DNA of 63,151 nt, counting the filler, from Octopus bimaculoides (lineage: Eukaryota), in assembly GCF_001194135.2 (NCBI RefSeq). It is 8 parts of 6 records of this genome, joined end to end, with 100 filler letters (N's around TTAATTAATTAA, not from the genome) between each part and the next. Parts side by side here need not be neighbours in the genome. Positions count along the whole stretch, not along the records: positions 30,174 to 53,874 come from NC_069000.1; 7 more parts are not named here. One strand, written 5' to 3'. Under the pieces are notes generated by a model. The model saw nothing but the letters and a program-made list of their open reading frames with translations, had not been told where the DNA came from and did no database searches. This document shows, in pieces, positions 37,385 through 51,884 of this stretch. The stretch's first letter is position 1. Each line of letters starts with the position of its first letter. Position numbers and translations under genes: made by a program.

Positions 37385-37610
37385 GTGGCGCGCTGGCAGA
37401 ATCGTTAGCACGCCGGGCGAAATGCTTAGCGGTATTTCGTCTGTCTTTACGTTCTGAGTTCAAATTCCGCCGAGGTCGACTTTGCCTTTCATCCTTTCGG
37501 CGTCGATAAATTATATATCAGTTGCGTACTGGGATCGATCTAATCGACTGGCCCCCTCCTCCAAAATTTCGAGCCTTGTGCTTAGAGAAGAAAAGATTGA
37601 TCTAAAAATG
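37385..37610 (+). mobile_element. SINE family A, near full length
   Basis: Head, body and CCCCCTCCTCCAAAATTTCGAGCCTTGTG tail. Confidence 0.88.
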
Positions 37611-37972
37611 ATTATCTCCCTTATAGTAACTGATCATAAGCCACACCGTGTTTCATCCAATATCATTTTTCAGACTTTATTCGGAATGATTTTAATTCAG
37701 CTAGAGAGATAAAAATGATAAAAATAGCGAAAATAGGACTTTCATTTCAATCAGTTTAAATAATGAATATCTCCTTAAATGGAAATATCTTATTTACTTT
37801 GAAATACATATATTTTACGAAAATGTATGAAGACACATATATACACACATGTATATATGCATACATTATATATACATGTTTGAATATATTAAACATTTAC
37901 ATACACACACATTATATATATATACACACGATATATATGTGTGCGCGTGTCTATGTGCATTATATATATGTT

Positions 37973-38012
<40 letters not shown>

Positions 38013-38473
38013 CACATATGCATATACGCATGTATTTATTTATATGGTTATGTTCGTATATGCGCCATATTTGTACTGCTTTCTCTCTCTCTAAATGCTA
38101 ATTTTTCTAATTAGCTTTAGTTTCTTTGCGAATTATAAAACTTTAACCAATGCATTACATTCGACACAACAATATCCGCAAGCGCTACAAAGAATGTAGA
38201 ACATTTTATTTTAATTTTCTATTTACTTATTTATTTATGTGTTTATTTTGGCCCTGATGATCTTGGCTATGATCTGCCTGCTTCCTTTGCTGACAGCCAT
38301 TTACAGAAACTTGTTATTTTCATTTACTAATCATGTTCGGAACTTTCCACGTTGCTCTTTTAATCAGTTAACAATATTGTTTTGAATGTTAGAGAACGGC
38401 CAGGCTTTGGTGGCAATTTTATTGCTCGCTTATTCCAATGACTACGCTGCTGTTGATGCCTCCTTCCGTATAG

Positions 38474-38506
<33 letters not shown>

Positions 38507-39880
38507 CTTCTTCTTCTTCTTCTTCTTCTTCTTCTTCTTCTTCTTCTTCTTCTTCTTCTTCTTCTTCTTGTGATTCAGAATGACAACTGTCAGCTGAACN
38601 NNNNNNNNNNNNNNNNNNNNNNNNNNNNNNNNNNNNNNNNNNNNNNNNNNNNNNNNNNNNNNNNNNNNNNNNNNNNNNNNNNNNNNNNNNNNNNNNNNNN
38701 NNNNNNNNNNNNNNNNNNNNNNNNNNNNNNNNNNNNNNNNNNNNNNNNNNNNNNNNNNNNNNNNNNNNNNNNNNNNNNNNNNNNNNNNNNNNNNNNNNNN
38801 NNNNNNNNNNNNNNNNNNNNNNNNNNNNNNNNNNNNNNNNNNNNNNNNNNNNNNNNNNNNNNNNNNNNNNNNNNNNNNNNNNNNNNNNNNNNNNNNNNNN
38901 NNNNNNNNNNNNNNNNNNNNNNNNNNNNNNNNNNNNNNNNNATATATATATATATATATATATATATACGACACACGTTTCCACACAGTTTCCTTCTCCA
39001 AAATTGAATTACGAGTCATTGACCGTTCCCGGAGCTTTAGCAGAAGATATTTGCCCAAGGTACCGAGCAGTAGGACTGAACCTTAAAACATGTGAATGCA
39101 AAGTGAGCTTCTTAACTAAACATCTCTGCCTGCACCTTTTGAACTTTTCCAATATCTCACTTAAAATCCTTATTATAAAGTCAAAAAGTACATTACACTT
39201 AACTCGTGATGTTAGAAAGAAAAATGTGGAAGTTGTTAAGGTGGCTTCAACTAAATTTGTCACGTGCTATCCTCTCCATTTTGTTGCTTTTCAATTTTAT
39301 CAGTGTGATCACATGACTGTTTCATCTGCTCAGCGTGGAATTCCATTTATATCTTACAAGACACAATATTTTATACAACTTTCATGAAAATTTTGCTCCT
39401 GATTTAGGCACTACGAAGGTATATCTCTAAGCTCTAAATCCTACAAAAATATGATATGGAATATTAAGCCTTAATATCAGTACGACTGCAGATAACAAAA
39501 CAGATGCATCGTGATATATAACCATTGTGATAGCAGTAATAATTACAAAAACAAATATAAGATCGAGGTGAAACGTGGTTGTTTAGCACCAAATCGGCTC
39601 TGATTAAACGCGTATGCATGTATTAATGTATGTAGGTATGCATGAGGTACGTATGTGTACATATATATATATGTGTTTATTTATGTGTTTGAGTATGTAA
39701 GTATACATAAGGTATAGTATATATGTGTGTATGCATGAAGGTAATATGTATGCCTCTAAGTATGTATGTGTATGATCTTATGTACGTATATGTCTTTATA
39801 TATGTATGTATGTATGGATTTATGCAAGTGTAAATGTATGCTTGAATGAGTGTGTGTGTATGTATGTCAGCATGTATGTA

Positions 39881-39911
<31 letters not shown>

Positions 39912-41695
39912 GTTTGTGTGTGTTTGTGTGTGTCTGCTTGTCACCCCAACATCGCTTGACAACCGATACTAGAGTGTTTACGCTCTCGTAATTTAGCGGT
40001 TCTGCGAAAGAGACCGATAGAGTAGGTACTAGGCTTACAAAGAATAGGTCCTGGGGTCGATTTGCTCGACTAAAGGTGGTGCTCCAGCATGGCCGCAGTC
40101 AAATGACTGAAACAAATAAAAGAATATATATGTGTATGTATGTATGTATGTATGTATGTCTCTGTGTGTGAGTACGTACCTATGCATGTATGTATGTATG
40201 TACGCATGTTTGTGAGTTCTGGGAGTGTGCGCGCGCGCATGAGTATGTGACTGCCTTCCACGAAGATACTGTTTAACGAAGATACTGTTTATTAAATATT
40301 ATACATGTGTTTAAGAGCCAACGCGAGAACATAGCAAAGGGCATTCGCTCGAAAGTCTGTATATGGTACAGACAGAGCCCTAATCTTCGTTGTTGCGAAG
40401 CGAATTTCTTGAACGTACTGCCATGCATGCGCCTTGCACCCATAAATGTCAAAAGTATATTCTTCCAGTACATACATTGTCTCGCTACGTCCGACGACAT
40501 GCTTGGGTAAATCAATTTATCACTAATGCCTATATTCAGTCACCAGTAAATCGAAGTACTTAATCGAATGATTATATGTGTTAAAGTTATTCATGCAGAT
40601 AAAAATACATAAAAATAATTTTACACTCTAGAGAGTAGGCTGCCTCTTCTATTTTTATTTTTTTAATTTTATTTTTTTATTATTGGAAATTATATTTTGA
40701 GGTTTAAGGTCAAGGCTAAAGAAACATTTAGTCCAGTTCAGAAATTTACAAATTACGAGTATTTGAAATGTTCTCAATACTTAGCTTATTCTTTTGTGTT
40801 TTTTTTTTATTTGTTTCTGTTATTTTACTACTGCCAAGCTGGAGCATCGCCTCCAAGGGTTTTATTTAAACAAATCGACTCCGAGACTTATTTACTTTTT
40901 TTGAGCCTAGTACTTATTCTAGCGGTGATTTTTTTTTTTTTTTTTTNNNNNNNNNNNNNNNNNNNNNNNNNNNNNNNNNNNNNNNNNNNNNNNNNNNNNN
41001 NNNNNNNNNNNNNNNNNNNNNNNNNNNNNNNNNNNNNNNNNNNNNNNNNNNNNNNNNNNNNNNNNNNNNNNNNNNNNNNNNNNNNNNNNNNNNNNNNNNN
41101 NNNNNNNNNNNNNNNNNNNNNNNNNNNNNNNNNNNNNNNNNNNNNNNNNNNNNNNNNNNNNNNNNNNNNNNNNNNNNNNNNNNNNNNNNNNNNNNNNNNN
41201 NNNNNNNNNNNNNNNNNNNNNNNNNNNNNNNNNNNNNNNNNNNNNNNNNNNNNNNNNNNNNNNNNNNNNNNNNNNNNNNNNNNNNNNNNNNNNNNNNNNN
41301 NNNNNNNNNNNNNNNNNNNNNNNNNNNNNNNNNNNNNNNNNNNNNNNNNNNNNNNNNNNNNNNNNNNNNNNNNNNNNNNNNNNNNNNNNNNNNNNNNNNN
41401 NNNNNNNNNNNNNNNNNNNNNNNNNNNNNNNNNNNNNNNNNNNNNNNNNNNNNNNNNNNNNNNNNNNNNNNNNNNNNNNNNNNNNNNNNNNNNNNNNNNN
41501 NNNNNNNNNNNNNNNNNNNNNNNNNNNNNNNNNNNNNNNNNNNNNNNNNNNNNNNNNNNNNNNNNNNNNNNNNNNNNNNNNNNNNNNNNNNNNNNNNNNN
41601 NNNNNNNNNNNNNNNNNNNNNNNNNNNNNNNNNNNNNNNNNNNNNNNNNNNNNNNNNNNNNNNNNNNNNNNNNNNNNNNNNNNNNNNNNNNNNNN

Positions 41696-41768
<73 letters not shown>

Positions 41769-42039
41769 TTCTGTTTTTCTTTGTTCACCAACTTCCTCTC
41801 TTTCTACCGCGTCTTCTCTCACGTTATTTTCTCTTCAATTCTCTTCTTCAGTGCATGTTTACATATGGTGTCAAGAGCTATTCGTGTATACAGGTTTGTG
41901 TGCATGACGTATATATCACAGGATTGAATGTATGTCTATATTTCTCTTCTGCGTGTGTAGCAAATATATGTATGTATGTGCACGCACACACACATACACA
42001 CACAAACACACGCAAATGCACACACACACATATATATAG

Positions 42040-42082
<43 letters not shown>

Positions 42083-42140
42083 TATACACAGATACACAGA
42101 GAGAAGACATTTTTAAATGCGTATATAGCTGTATGTTTAC

Positions 42141-42176
<36 letters not shown>

Positions 42177-42679
42177 ATTCGCCATGATAGATCGCTAGCC
42201 ACTACACATTCTTTTTTTCTCTCCTTGTTTCTTTCTGGGTTCGTTTTTAATCCACATTTTGAGGATTAAATATATGTATATATGTATATTAGACAAAATG
42301 TTAGACATGTATATATATGTTAGACAAAATGAGATAACGAAGCCAAGGCTGTGAGTAGCTTTCATGACATTTATAAGGGAAAAGATNNNNNNNNNNNNNN
42401 NNNNNNNNNNNNNNNNNNNNNNNNNNNNNNNNNNNNNNNNNNNNNNNNNNNNNNNNNNNNNNNNNNNNNNNNNNNNNNNNNNNNNNNNNNNNNNNNNNNN
42501 NNNNNNNNNNNNNNNNNNNNNNNNNNNNNNNNNNNNNNNNNNNNNNNNNNNNNNNNNNNNNNNNNNNNNNNNNNNNNNNNNNNNNNNNNNNNNNNNNNNN
42601 NATATATATATATACAGATTGATAGATAGATACCTAGACAGACAGACAGAAGACAGATAGATAGATAGATAGATAGATA

Positions 42680-42830
42680 TACGATGAGCTTCTTTCAGTT
42701 TCCATTCATAAGTTTTTGGTCGACCCGAGGCTATTGTAGGATACACTTGCCCAAGGTGCCATGCAGTAGGATTGAACCCAGACTCATGTGGTTGGGAAGC
42801 AAGCTTCTTACCACACAGCCACACCTACGC
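42680..42830 (-). mobile_element. SINE family B head (further heads near 19600-19725 -, 39020-39125 -, 44600-44740 -, 49020-49165 -, 52730-52820 -, 56855-56975 +)
   Basis: ACACTTGCCCAAGGTGCCATGCAGTAGGATTGAACCC...TTACCACACAGCCAC. Confidence 0.75.
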
Positions 42831-43421
42831 CTATATATATATATGTGTGTATATATATACACATACACACGCACTTATAATCACATATGAGATACATAGT
42901 TATACTCACACATAGACATATTCATGTTTATATGCGATGTGTGTGCGTGAGAGTTTTAGAACGTACACATATGTGTGTATGTGTATGTGTGCGCGTGAGT
43001 TTACGAACGCACACATATGTGCATGATGTGTAAGCCTGTGAGTACAAGGCACGGCATACGTGTGTGTGTGCTTGTGTGTGAGTGCTTGTGTGTCTATGTG
43101 TGCTCGCCTTTTTGTCCATGAGTGAGCATGCCGCGCGCGCTCGGGTGTGTGTTCGTTCATATTTCACTCCATTCATTATGTTTTTGCCATTCTCTCTATT
43201 GCTCCTCCTTTTGTTCATTCTGTCGTTCATTCCCACGACTATATCCTTTCGCTCAACTCATGTCTCGCTTTATTTTCATTCATGGACATTCTGTTGTCAT
43301 TTTAGCTGTAAAACAACCACAGCTAGTCCCGCCAAAACAACCTGCCACTTTTCAACAAACCGATCGAGTGTCACGCACTACACACCACACACAGACTGTT
43401 ACGCGCATATAAAATACAACA

Positions 43422-43489
<68 letters not shown>
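43422..43489. repeat. Perfect 68-bp palindrome (TAC)n-(TAG)n
   Basis: 34-nt arms centred on CT|AG at 43455/43456. Confidence 0.95.
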
Positions 43490-43495
<6 letters not shown>

Positions 43496-43616
43496 TAGTT
43501 GTAGTAGTAGTAGTAGACATATATATATATAGAAATTGTAAATGCAAAAATAAAAACAAAGACACATATATATATGTATATATATATATGTATAAGTATA
43601 TATATATAATGTAAAG

Positions 43617-43647
<31 letters not shown>

Positions 43648-43826
43648 TTATATATGTAGACTTATGTATGTATATGTGTGTGTGTGTGTGTGCGTGAGTG
43701 TACTGACGTACATAAATACATACAAGCAAGCAATGAATCATACATTGTTGCATACAAACAATCTACATATATCTATAAGAGAATACAGAACACGTACCTT
43801 TTCCCTTACAGGCATGCGCATATATA

Positions 43827-43905
<79 letters not shown>

Positions 43906-44207
43906 GTGAGTGTGTGTGTGCATGTGTGTGTGTGTATTGTGAGGGGAAAGTGAAAGTGGGAGGAGAAAGTTAGAGTGTTAGTTGTAGTTATAAGGTAATC
44001 TGAGACAGTTTAAGTGTCAGCCAGAAACTGATCGTGTAAACACACAATTGTGTCGGATTTGGGATATAACTCTTAACTGCTCATGCCTGATAGATACATC
44101 TATGAAAAAAATTCAGCCGTTGTCCGAAAAGAGGTCCGAAAAGAGGTCCGAAAAGAGGTCTAAATGCTTATTTGCATGCACCCGGCACTACACTACACTA
44201 CATATGT

Positions 44208-44257
<50 letters not shown>

Positions 44258-47200
44258 GTTGAAACTATCTATGTCTGTTTCACTTTCTCTGTCTTTCTTT
44301 GTCTCACTTCCTCTTCCTCTTTCACTCTCTCCCTCTTTCTCTCTGTCCCTCTTTGTTTCTCTTTTTCTCACACACACAGACACACGCACACACACACACA
44401 CGCATACGAAACGCATGCATTCGTGCAAGTACACATAGACAATACTGGAGTTGATTTGTTCGACTGATCTCTTTAAGGAGTTGCTCCACCATAACTCCTG
44501 CCAAATAACGTAAACACACCAACAGTGATTGTCAAGCGGTAGAGGGGAACAAGCACACGCATGCGCACGTACAGTTATATATATATACGACCTTTTTCCT
44601 TCAGTTTCCATCTACCATATCCTCTCACAAGGCTTTGGTTGTGGCTATAGTAGAAGACACTTGCCCAAGATGCCACGCAGTGGGACTGAAACCAGAACCA
44701 TGTGGTTCAGAAAGAAGCTTCTTACAACACAACCCCGCCATTCGAACTTCTTTTATGAAGGCTCCTATTGTTTATGTCGTCCTAAAACTCGATTGATTAT
44801 CGGACCGTCACCGAGATTTGAACTTAAAACACAAAGAGCTGTAGCTAGACACCTGCTAATCAGCCAAGTATTTCGCCATCGTCTTTTCGTATTAAATAAT
44901 ACTATCTTCCATAAGCACAACGCTATAACTTAGCATATAAGGGGCTAGTCGATTATAAAGATACCTGTATTTTCCTGGTATTATATTTCATATATTCTGG
45001 GCTTCGGGGTTTAAAACACAATATTAGCCTAGGCACGTTTTTGAACTTAGAAAATAAAGAAACAAGATCGAATCTGCTTTGACGATTCATCCAGTTCTCC
45101 GTCCGTCTCGGACTGAGTAAATAACCCGTTCTGCTATTGGCTCAAGTTTTGAAATTCTTTAGGAGAGTAGACTAGACGATCGCATCGACGCGCAGTAACC
45201 AGTACTTCTTTTATTAACCCCAGAATGATGAAAAGTAAAGATGGCTTTAGTGGCGTGTGAACTTAAACGTAATAACGATTGAAATAGCGCTGATCATATT
45301 GTCCGCCATGCAAATGATTTTGCTAGATCGCCGCCTTGACTCTAAATAAATAACACATAACAAAATAATTTGTCCCCTTTACATNNNNNNNNNNNNNNNN
45401 NNNNNNNNNNNNNNNNNNNNNNNNNNNNNNNNNNNNNNNNNNNNNNNNNNNNNNNNNNNNNNNNNNNNNNNNNNNNNNNNNNNNNNNNNNNNNNNNNNNN
45501 NNNNNNNNNNNNNNNNNNNNNNNNNNNNNNNNNNNNNNNNNNNNNNNNNNNNNNNNNNNNNNNNNNNNNNNNNNNNNNNNNNNNNNNNNNNNNNNNNNNN
45601 NNNNNNNNNNNNNNNNNNNNNNNNNNNNNNNNNNNNNNNNNNNNNNNNNNNNNNNNNNNNNNNNNNNNNNNNNNNNNNNNNNNNNNNNNNNNNNNNNNNN
45701 NNNNNNNNNNNNNNNNNNNNNNNNNNNNNNNNNNNNNNNNNNNNNNNNNNNNNNNNNNNNNNNNNNNNNNNNNNNNNNNNNNNNNNNNNNNNNNNNNNNN
45801 NNNNNNNNNNNNNNNNNNNNNNNNNNNNNNNNNNNNNNNNNNNNNNNNNNNNNNNNNNNNNNNNNNNNNNNNNNNNNNNNNNNNNNNNNNNNNNNNNNNN
45901 NNNNNNNNNNNNNNNNNNNNNNNNNNNNNNNNNNNNNNNNNNNNNNNNNNNNNNNNNNNNNNNNNNNNNNNNNNNNNNNNNNNNNNNNNNNNNNNNNNNN
46001 NNNNNNNNNNNNNNNNNNNNNNNNNNNNNNNNNNNNNNNNNNNNNNNNNNNNNNNNNNNNNNNNNNNNNNNNNNNNNNNNNNTATATATATATATATATG
46101 CATACATATAAATGAGCGTACATATTAAGAAAACATCATTCACATGTACATACTGATATCATATCAAATTTCATCTCATTTTATTCTATTCCAAAATACT
46201 TTAATCTATACTGGTGTGGCCGAGTGTCAAACTAAGCAGCTATTTAGTTGCAACGTACGAATTACATACATGAGAAGTTCCTAATTTAAATTAAGCATAC
46301 ACATAGTCGTTTACATGGTGTTCATAGATATTACAAAGTCTAAATGTTGGTGCACAGCAAAACTGGAGAATATATACATACATACATACATACATACATA
46401 CATACATACATACATACATACATACATANNNNNNNNNNNNNNNNNNNNNNNNNNNNNNNNNNNNNNNNNNNNNNNNNNNNNNNNNNNNNNNNNNNNNNNN
46501 NNNNNNNNNNNNNNNNNNNNNNNNNNNNNNNNNNNNNNNNNNNNNNNNNNNNNNNNNNNNNNNNNNNNNNNNNNNNNNNNNNNNNNNNNNNNNNNNNNNN
46601 NNNNNNNNNNNNNNNNNNNNNNNNNNNNNNNNNNNNNNNNNNNNNNNNNNNNNNNNNNNNNNNNNNNNNNNNNNNNNNNNNNNNNNNNNNNNNNNNNNNN
46701 NNNNNNNNNNNNNNNNNNNNNNNNNNNNNNNNNNNNNNNNNNNNNNNNNNNNNNNNNNNNNNNNNNNNNNNNNNNNNNNNNNNNNNNNNNNNNNNNNNNN
46801 NNNNNNNNNNNNNNNNNNNNNNNNNNNNNNNNNNNNNNNNNNNNNNNNNNNNNNNNNNNNNNNNNNNNNNNNNNNNNNNNNNNNNNNNNNNNNNNNNNNN
46901 NNNNNNNNNNNNNNNNNNNNNNNNNNNNNNNNNNNNNNNNNNNNNNNNNNNNNNNNNNNNNNNNTATATATATATATATATATATGTACATATATATATA
47001 TATATACAAACACAGACACACATATATGCATATATGTGTTAGCATGTGTGCATTGTGTCGCATATTGGGCGCATGACGTACTGGTTAGGTGTTGCACTCA
47101 AGATCGAAAGATCATGGTTTCTATTCGTAGAACGGGTGGTACATGTTGTTCTTGAGCAAATCACTTCGTTTCGAGTTGCTCCGCAATCACTTCAACACTT

Positions 47201-48784
47201 AACCTGTAGCGCGCTCTTGTGCACCTGTCCAAGTAGCGTCGATTTTATAGAGTCATTGAACTTAATGTACAGCATGTACAGGATTTGGGCATGTTGCTCG
47301 GCAAGTAATTGCAGAACCATTTTCTTAGTCTACGAGAGACTACTATCAGACTTAGATATATGCGTGTTTGTATATATACATATATAGTGTCTGTGTATGT
47401 GTGTGTGTGGCTGTGAGGAACAAACAGCACAACATTTTGTTGTCAGACGAAACACAAATTTTCTTTCTTAACGTGTGAAAGAGTTAAGACATTTAAAAAC
47501 TCAGAGAGCAACAGATGATTCAACAACTTTTAAATCGTATGTAGTGTATATAACACTAGTTTACAAACATTTTTTATTGCTCTGAGGCAAGGATGTGAAT
47601 AGGTGTTTTTTTTTTTTTCTTTAGTAATTTTGATGTGGTGAATTCAATTTTCTGAACAGTTTTGCTCTACCACCTCAAGGTTTTTTTCTTGTTTTGCTTT
47701 CATATATCCCATTTTAATTATACTACATATAAATTGAAAATATGTGTTTATTTCATCTGTTACAAAAGCATATGGAAGAAGAAAAAAGCAGCTTAGACAC
47801 AGAACTTTGATGGAACTAAATTACTTGTATATTACAAGACACACAAATAATAGTACAGCAGACAGTTAGAAGTGAGTCCTTTTGGATGATCTTGTGTACA
47901 TTACTCTCCGCTTCTTCTCTCAGAATGCACTGTACCGGATAAGTCTTACGTACACTTGTATGTAAAAATGACAGGATATGCACGAACGTTACGTCTTTAA
48001 TGAAAAGCCTTCGTTCAGAATCGTTTGCTAATATTAGAGGCTTGGAAGTCATCTTGATATCTGCAAATGTTTCCATGTCTTTTGCATCACATGCATTCTT
48101 TTACAAATAACATTAATTCATGTATCCTTTACGTTTAAGATTGTAGATTCTGATTTCAGGTAGATTTAATTGTCAGTTTTAGCAAATTGAGTCATTAAGT
48201 GGAGGCTCTCATGTTAACTTCCAAATCAACATCCATTAATGATTGTGGCATACGTTGTTCATATTACATCTCTCTTCTTCAAGCGCTACTTCTCACAATT
48301 TCCTCTTTATTCGTTTAAATATTTCTTTTATCTCGGTAGAAATTCTTGATTTTTTTTACACTATTTTCTCATTTATTTCTAGCAACTTCAAAATACTCTT
48401 TCATTTTCTAATTCTCAGACATATTCTACTTCTGTTATATAATATCAATATTCTTATCTGCAATTCTTTTAAAAACGTTGAAGCAAAATTATCTCCAAAG
48501 ATGACGCATTTTGGCATTTTTTAAAAATTGTTTTTCTTCTTCCGGTTTCAAGCTTCCGCTTTCACTAATAGATATTATGCTTAGTTTCAATGATTTCCGC
48601 CTAAATTAAATAACTTCCGTTATTATTTTTTTTCCTTTTGTTTTTAGAATACGATAAATAATTATTCTTAAATATTATTGAGTCTTATTCAAAAATTCAT
48701 AAAATTACGCATCTTTTGTGAGAACTTTAATTCACGCAAATGTCTTCGCAAAGCCGACACTGTAAATGTGAATACATCTCTCTC

Positions 48785-48896
<112 letters not shown>

Positions 48897-49531
48897 TATA
48901 GATGTGTGTAGCTGCTTTATTTTCAGTACTGATTCGTTTTAATTGAATGATGACAGGTTGGTGTGGGACAAACACACACATGTATGGGTCTGTGTGTGTA
49001 TATATACTCACATACCACTGTCTTTGTTCAGTTCCGTCTATCAAATCCATTCACAAGGCATTGGTCGGCCAGAGGCTATAGCAGAAGACACTTGCCCAAG
49101 GTACCATACAGGGACTGAAACCGGACCCAAGTGGTTGGGAAGCAAACTTTTTACCATACAGGCAAGCATGTATCTTTTACGTAATATCTGTTATATAATA
49201 GATGTCTTAAATGCCGAAGATATTATTCACACGACTATAACTCACATTGGCATTATGTTGTCGACATGATTTTTGATAAATGTTGGATGATAAACTTAAG
49301 CTTAGAAATGTCTGGCTATGTTTGCACTTTCACTAAAAGGGCTTGTTAAACTAGATACTGCTATGTATTTTCAATTCATTAACTATTTTACCATTGGATG
49401 CAGACTTAAACACACACACACACACAAGCACAAATACACACGTGTTCTCAGTTGCAAACTTATGAATAATTTTAATGATAATATTGACATTTGTATATAT
49501 ACACATATGTGTGTACGTATGTGCGTATATG

Positions 49532-49581
<50 letters not shown>

Positions 49582-50604
49582 CGTAGAAATACTTCAAAGA
49601 TGTCATCTACTAGAGAATGTACGGCTCTCTCCTTCTCATTAACTTAATTCTTGGTTATCTATTTAAAAATACGAAACCTCACTCACTGTAGAAATAGAAA
49701 TAGTAGGATTAATTATATCCTATTTGGTTAGAAAATATTTCTAAGATTCTTAATGGATCACAAGAATTAGCTCTCAGCGCAGCATTAGAATCTGTGGTGA
49801 AAAAGTATATCTCCTATAGAAAATAACTAATTTCACTGAAACTACATTATAATAAGCAAAGCTTTAACGAAATATAGCTGATGCCACCAAAAGCTTAAAT
49901 ATTTTTCTATACGCATAATGCATTTTTATGCAACGTATTTGACTTAGGGACGAAGATGTGCTTACGTTTCTTTTCATTAATTAGAAACTTGGGTGAATAT
50001 CTTCTAATAGATATAAAACAAGAACCAGAGGCATTATGCAGGCACTGTATTTATATTTTTTTAAAGTCATTTACATCCATCCATCCATAGATAGATACAT
50101 ATACATATATACATGTGTGTGTGTGTGTGTGTGTGAAGCACAAATGCACATCCTTACAATTTCTAATTAGTGATATTCATCAAGGTGATTAAAACGATGA
50201 ATTGAGGTAATTTCTTTAAAAGGTATTTTGTTACTTTCATACGTTTGCTATGGACAAACAGAAGATAAAGAAGAGAAATGTCTATAACTAAAAACAAAAT
50301 GAAGTTGTTCATTTTGAAGTTGTTGAAGGATTTTTCCCTCTTTACTTTTATTGTAGGCGGTGGCCTTGCTGTGGTAGCAATAATCACTCGGCTATTTAAA
50401 TATGCTAGTCAACCATAATCACATCAAATCAAATTTGATATTTATTTTAAATGTTTTAAAGATTTTTTTTTCCAAACATTTAATCGTGGTTAGTTTTTGT
50501 CTTCACCGGTAGGATTCATAAGGTATGTGGCCAGATTTCGATGGCGAATACTTAAACGCGAACATATCAAACTCCCTCAACGCAGCAGAATTGAAGGAGA
50601 GTAA

Positions 50605-50785
50605 TTTTGAGGGGAGGGGACAGTTCGTTTATATACATCCCCAGTATGTGACTGATACCTTATTTTATCGTCTCCGAAGAAATGAAAGGTGAAGTTGACC
50701 TATGCAGAATTCGAACTCAAAACGTAAAGAACCAGAAGAAATACCGCTGAACACTGTCCGATGTGTTAACGATTTTACCAGCTCT
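50605..50785 (-). mobile_element. SINE family A, degenerate (other old copies near 32985-33070, 44790-44880, 45175-45335)
   Basis: GAAATGAAAGGTGAAGTTGACCTATGCAGAATTCGAACTCAAAACGT. Confidence 0.65.
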
Positions 50786-51089
50786 CCTGTTTGACAGCAA
50801 ATTGCTGCTATTTAAGAAGGATTTTAATTTAGTGCTCTAACACTGCGGGGGAGTGGGATTTATACTCGAGGCATAAAGTGCTAACGTTTACGTTAAGTTA
50901 TACACTTCTTACTGTAACGACTGAACGCATCTGCTTGTCTACCAAAAGAATTTTCTAGTAAAACTGTTTTGATGAGCTTATTAAAATTAAATGAGCGCAT
51001 GTCCAAATAAAAGTATGTCTGTCAATCTGTCTCTCTTCCCCTCTCTTTAATCTGTCTATCTGTCTCTCTTCCCCTCACACTTTCGTCTC

Positions 51090-51148
<59 letters not shown>

Positions 51149-51197
51149 NNNNNNNNNNNNNNNNNNNNNNNNNNNNNNNNNNNNNNNNNNNNNNNNN

Positions 51198-51239
<42 letters not shown>

Positions 51240-51518
51240 TACATGTGAACATATACACACGTGCATGTTTTCAAACACTGTTCAGTATTTTTTTAAAATT
51301 CCAAATCAGAAAAACTGCAGACTATGAATCATAACGCAGGTGGCTGTCAAGACATCTACAACATGAATATCTTCTGCGCAATATTATCTTAGAACAAGGA
51401 GCACTGTACAAGCTAGATTTTCTAACACATGAGACAAGCATTCCATTTTCAAAATCACAGTTGTTTTAAAATGGACGTAACTTTAAACACTAAAGAACTT
51501 CAGTAAATATAAAGTAAC

Positions 51519-51720
51519 GCTAATTCGAAGACTGCAGATCCAATCCATCACTGGAACTGTAAAAATCTGTAAAACTTTCCAGAAGTTTATTATTTAAGTA
51601 TACATGAGCATGTCTATATATGCAAATGTATGCATGAGAACACGTACATTAAACAAAGCATAGATATCTACATGTATACATACATGCGTACATGAATACA
51701 TACATACATACATACATACA

Positions 51721-51754
<34 letters not shown>

Positions 51755-51884
51755 CATTCATACATACTTACATACATAGAAAAATACCCTGTTGATTTTG
51801 AAATTCCAATGAAGGGGCATTGGATCTAGGTTAGAAACCGGCTCTTTCTCTATCGGCTAGAAATCTTGAAATGAAACTGAATAA
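51519..51884 (+). mobile_element. 5'-truncated R4/Dong-like element
   Basis: LIRRLQIQSITGTVKICKTFQKFII*, internal (CATA)n, same 3'UTR, followed by catacatac. Confidence 0.75.

Noticed and set aside
40273-40515. Three overlapping short ORFs in a GC-richer patch
   Set aside because: No recognisable motif or convincing splice pair; overlapping ORFs on both strands fit neutral composition or an old repeat.
41851-41893. Plus-strand 42-nt candidate exon after a (CT)n tract
   Set aside because: The pyrimidine tract is microsatellite-derived and the donor GTTTGT is weak.
47816-48530. Possible Tc1-like transposase relic (TSVRKTY...SNVHKIIQKD)
   Set aside because: The similarity is only impressionistic, and I could not define TIRs or catalytic motifs.
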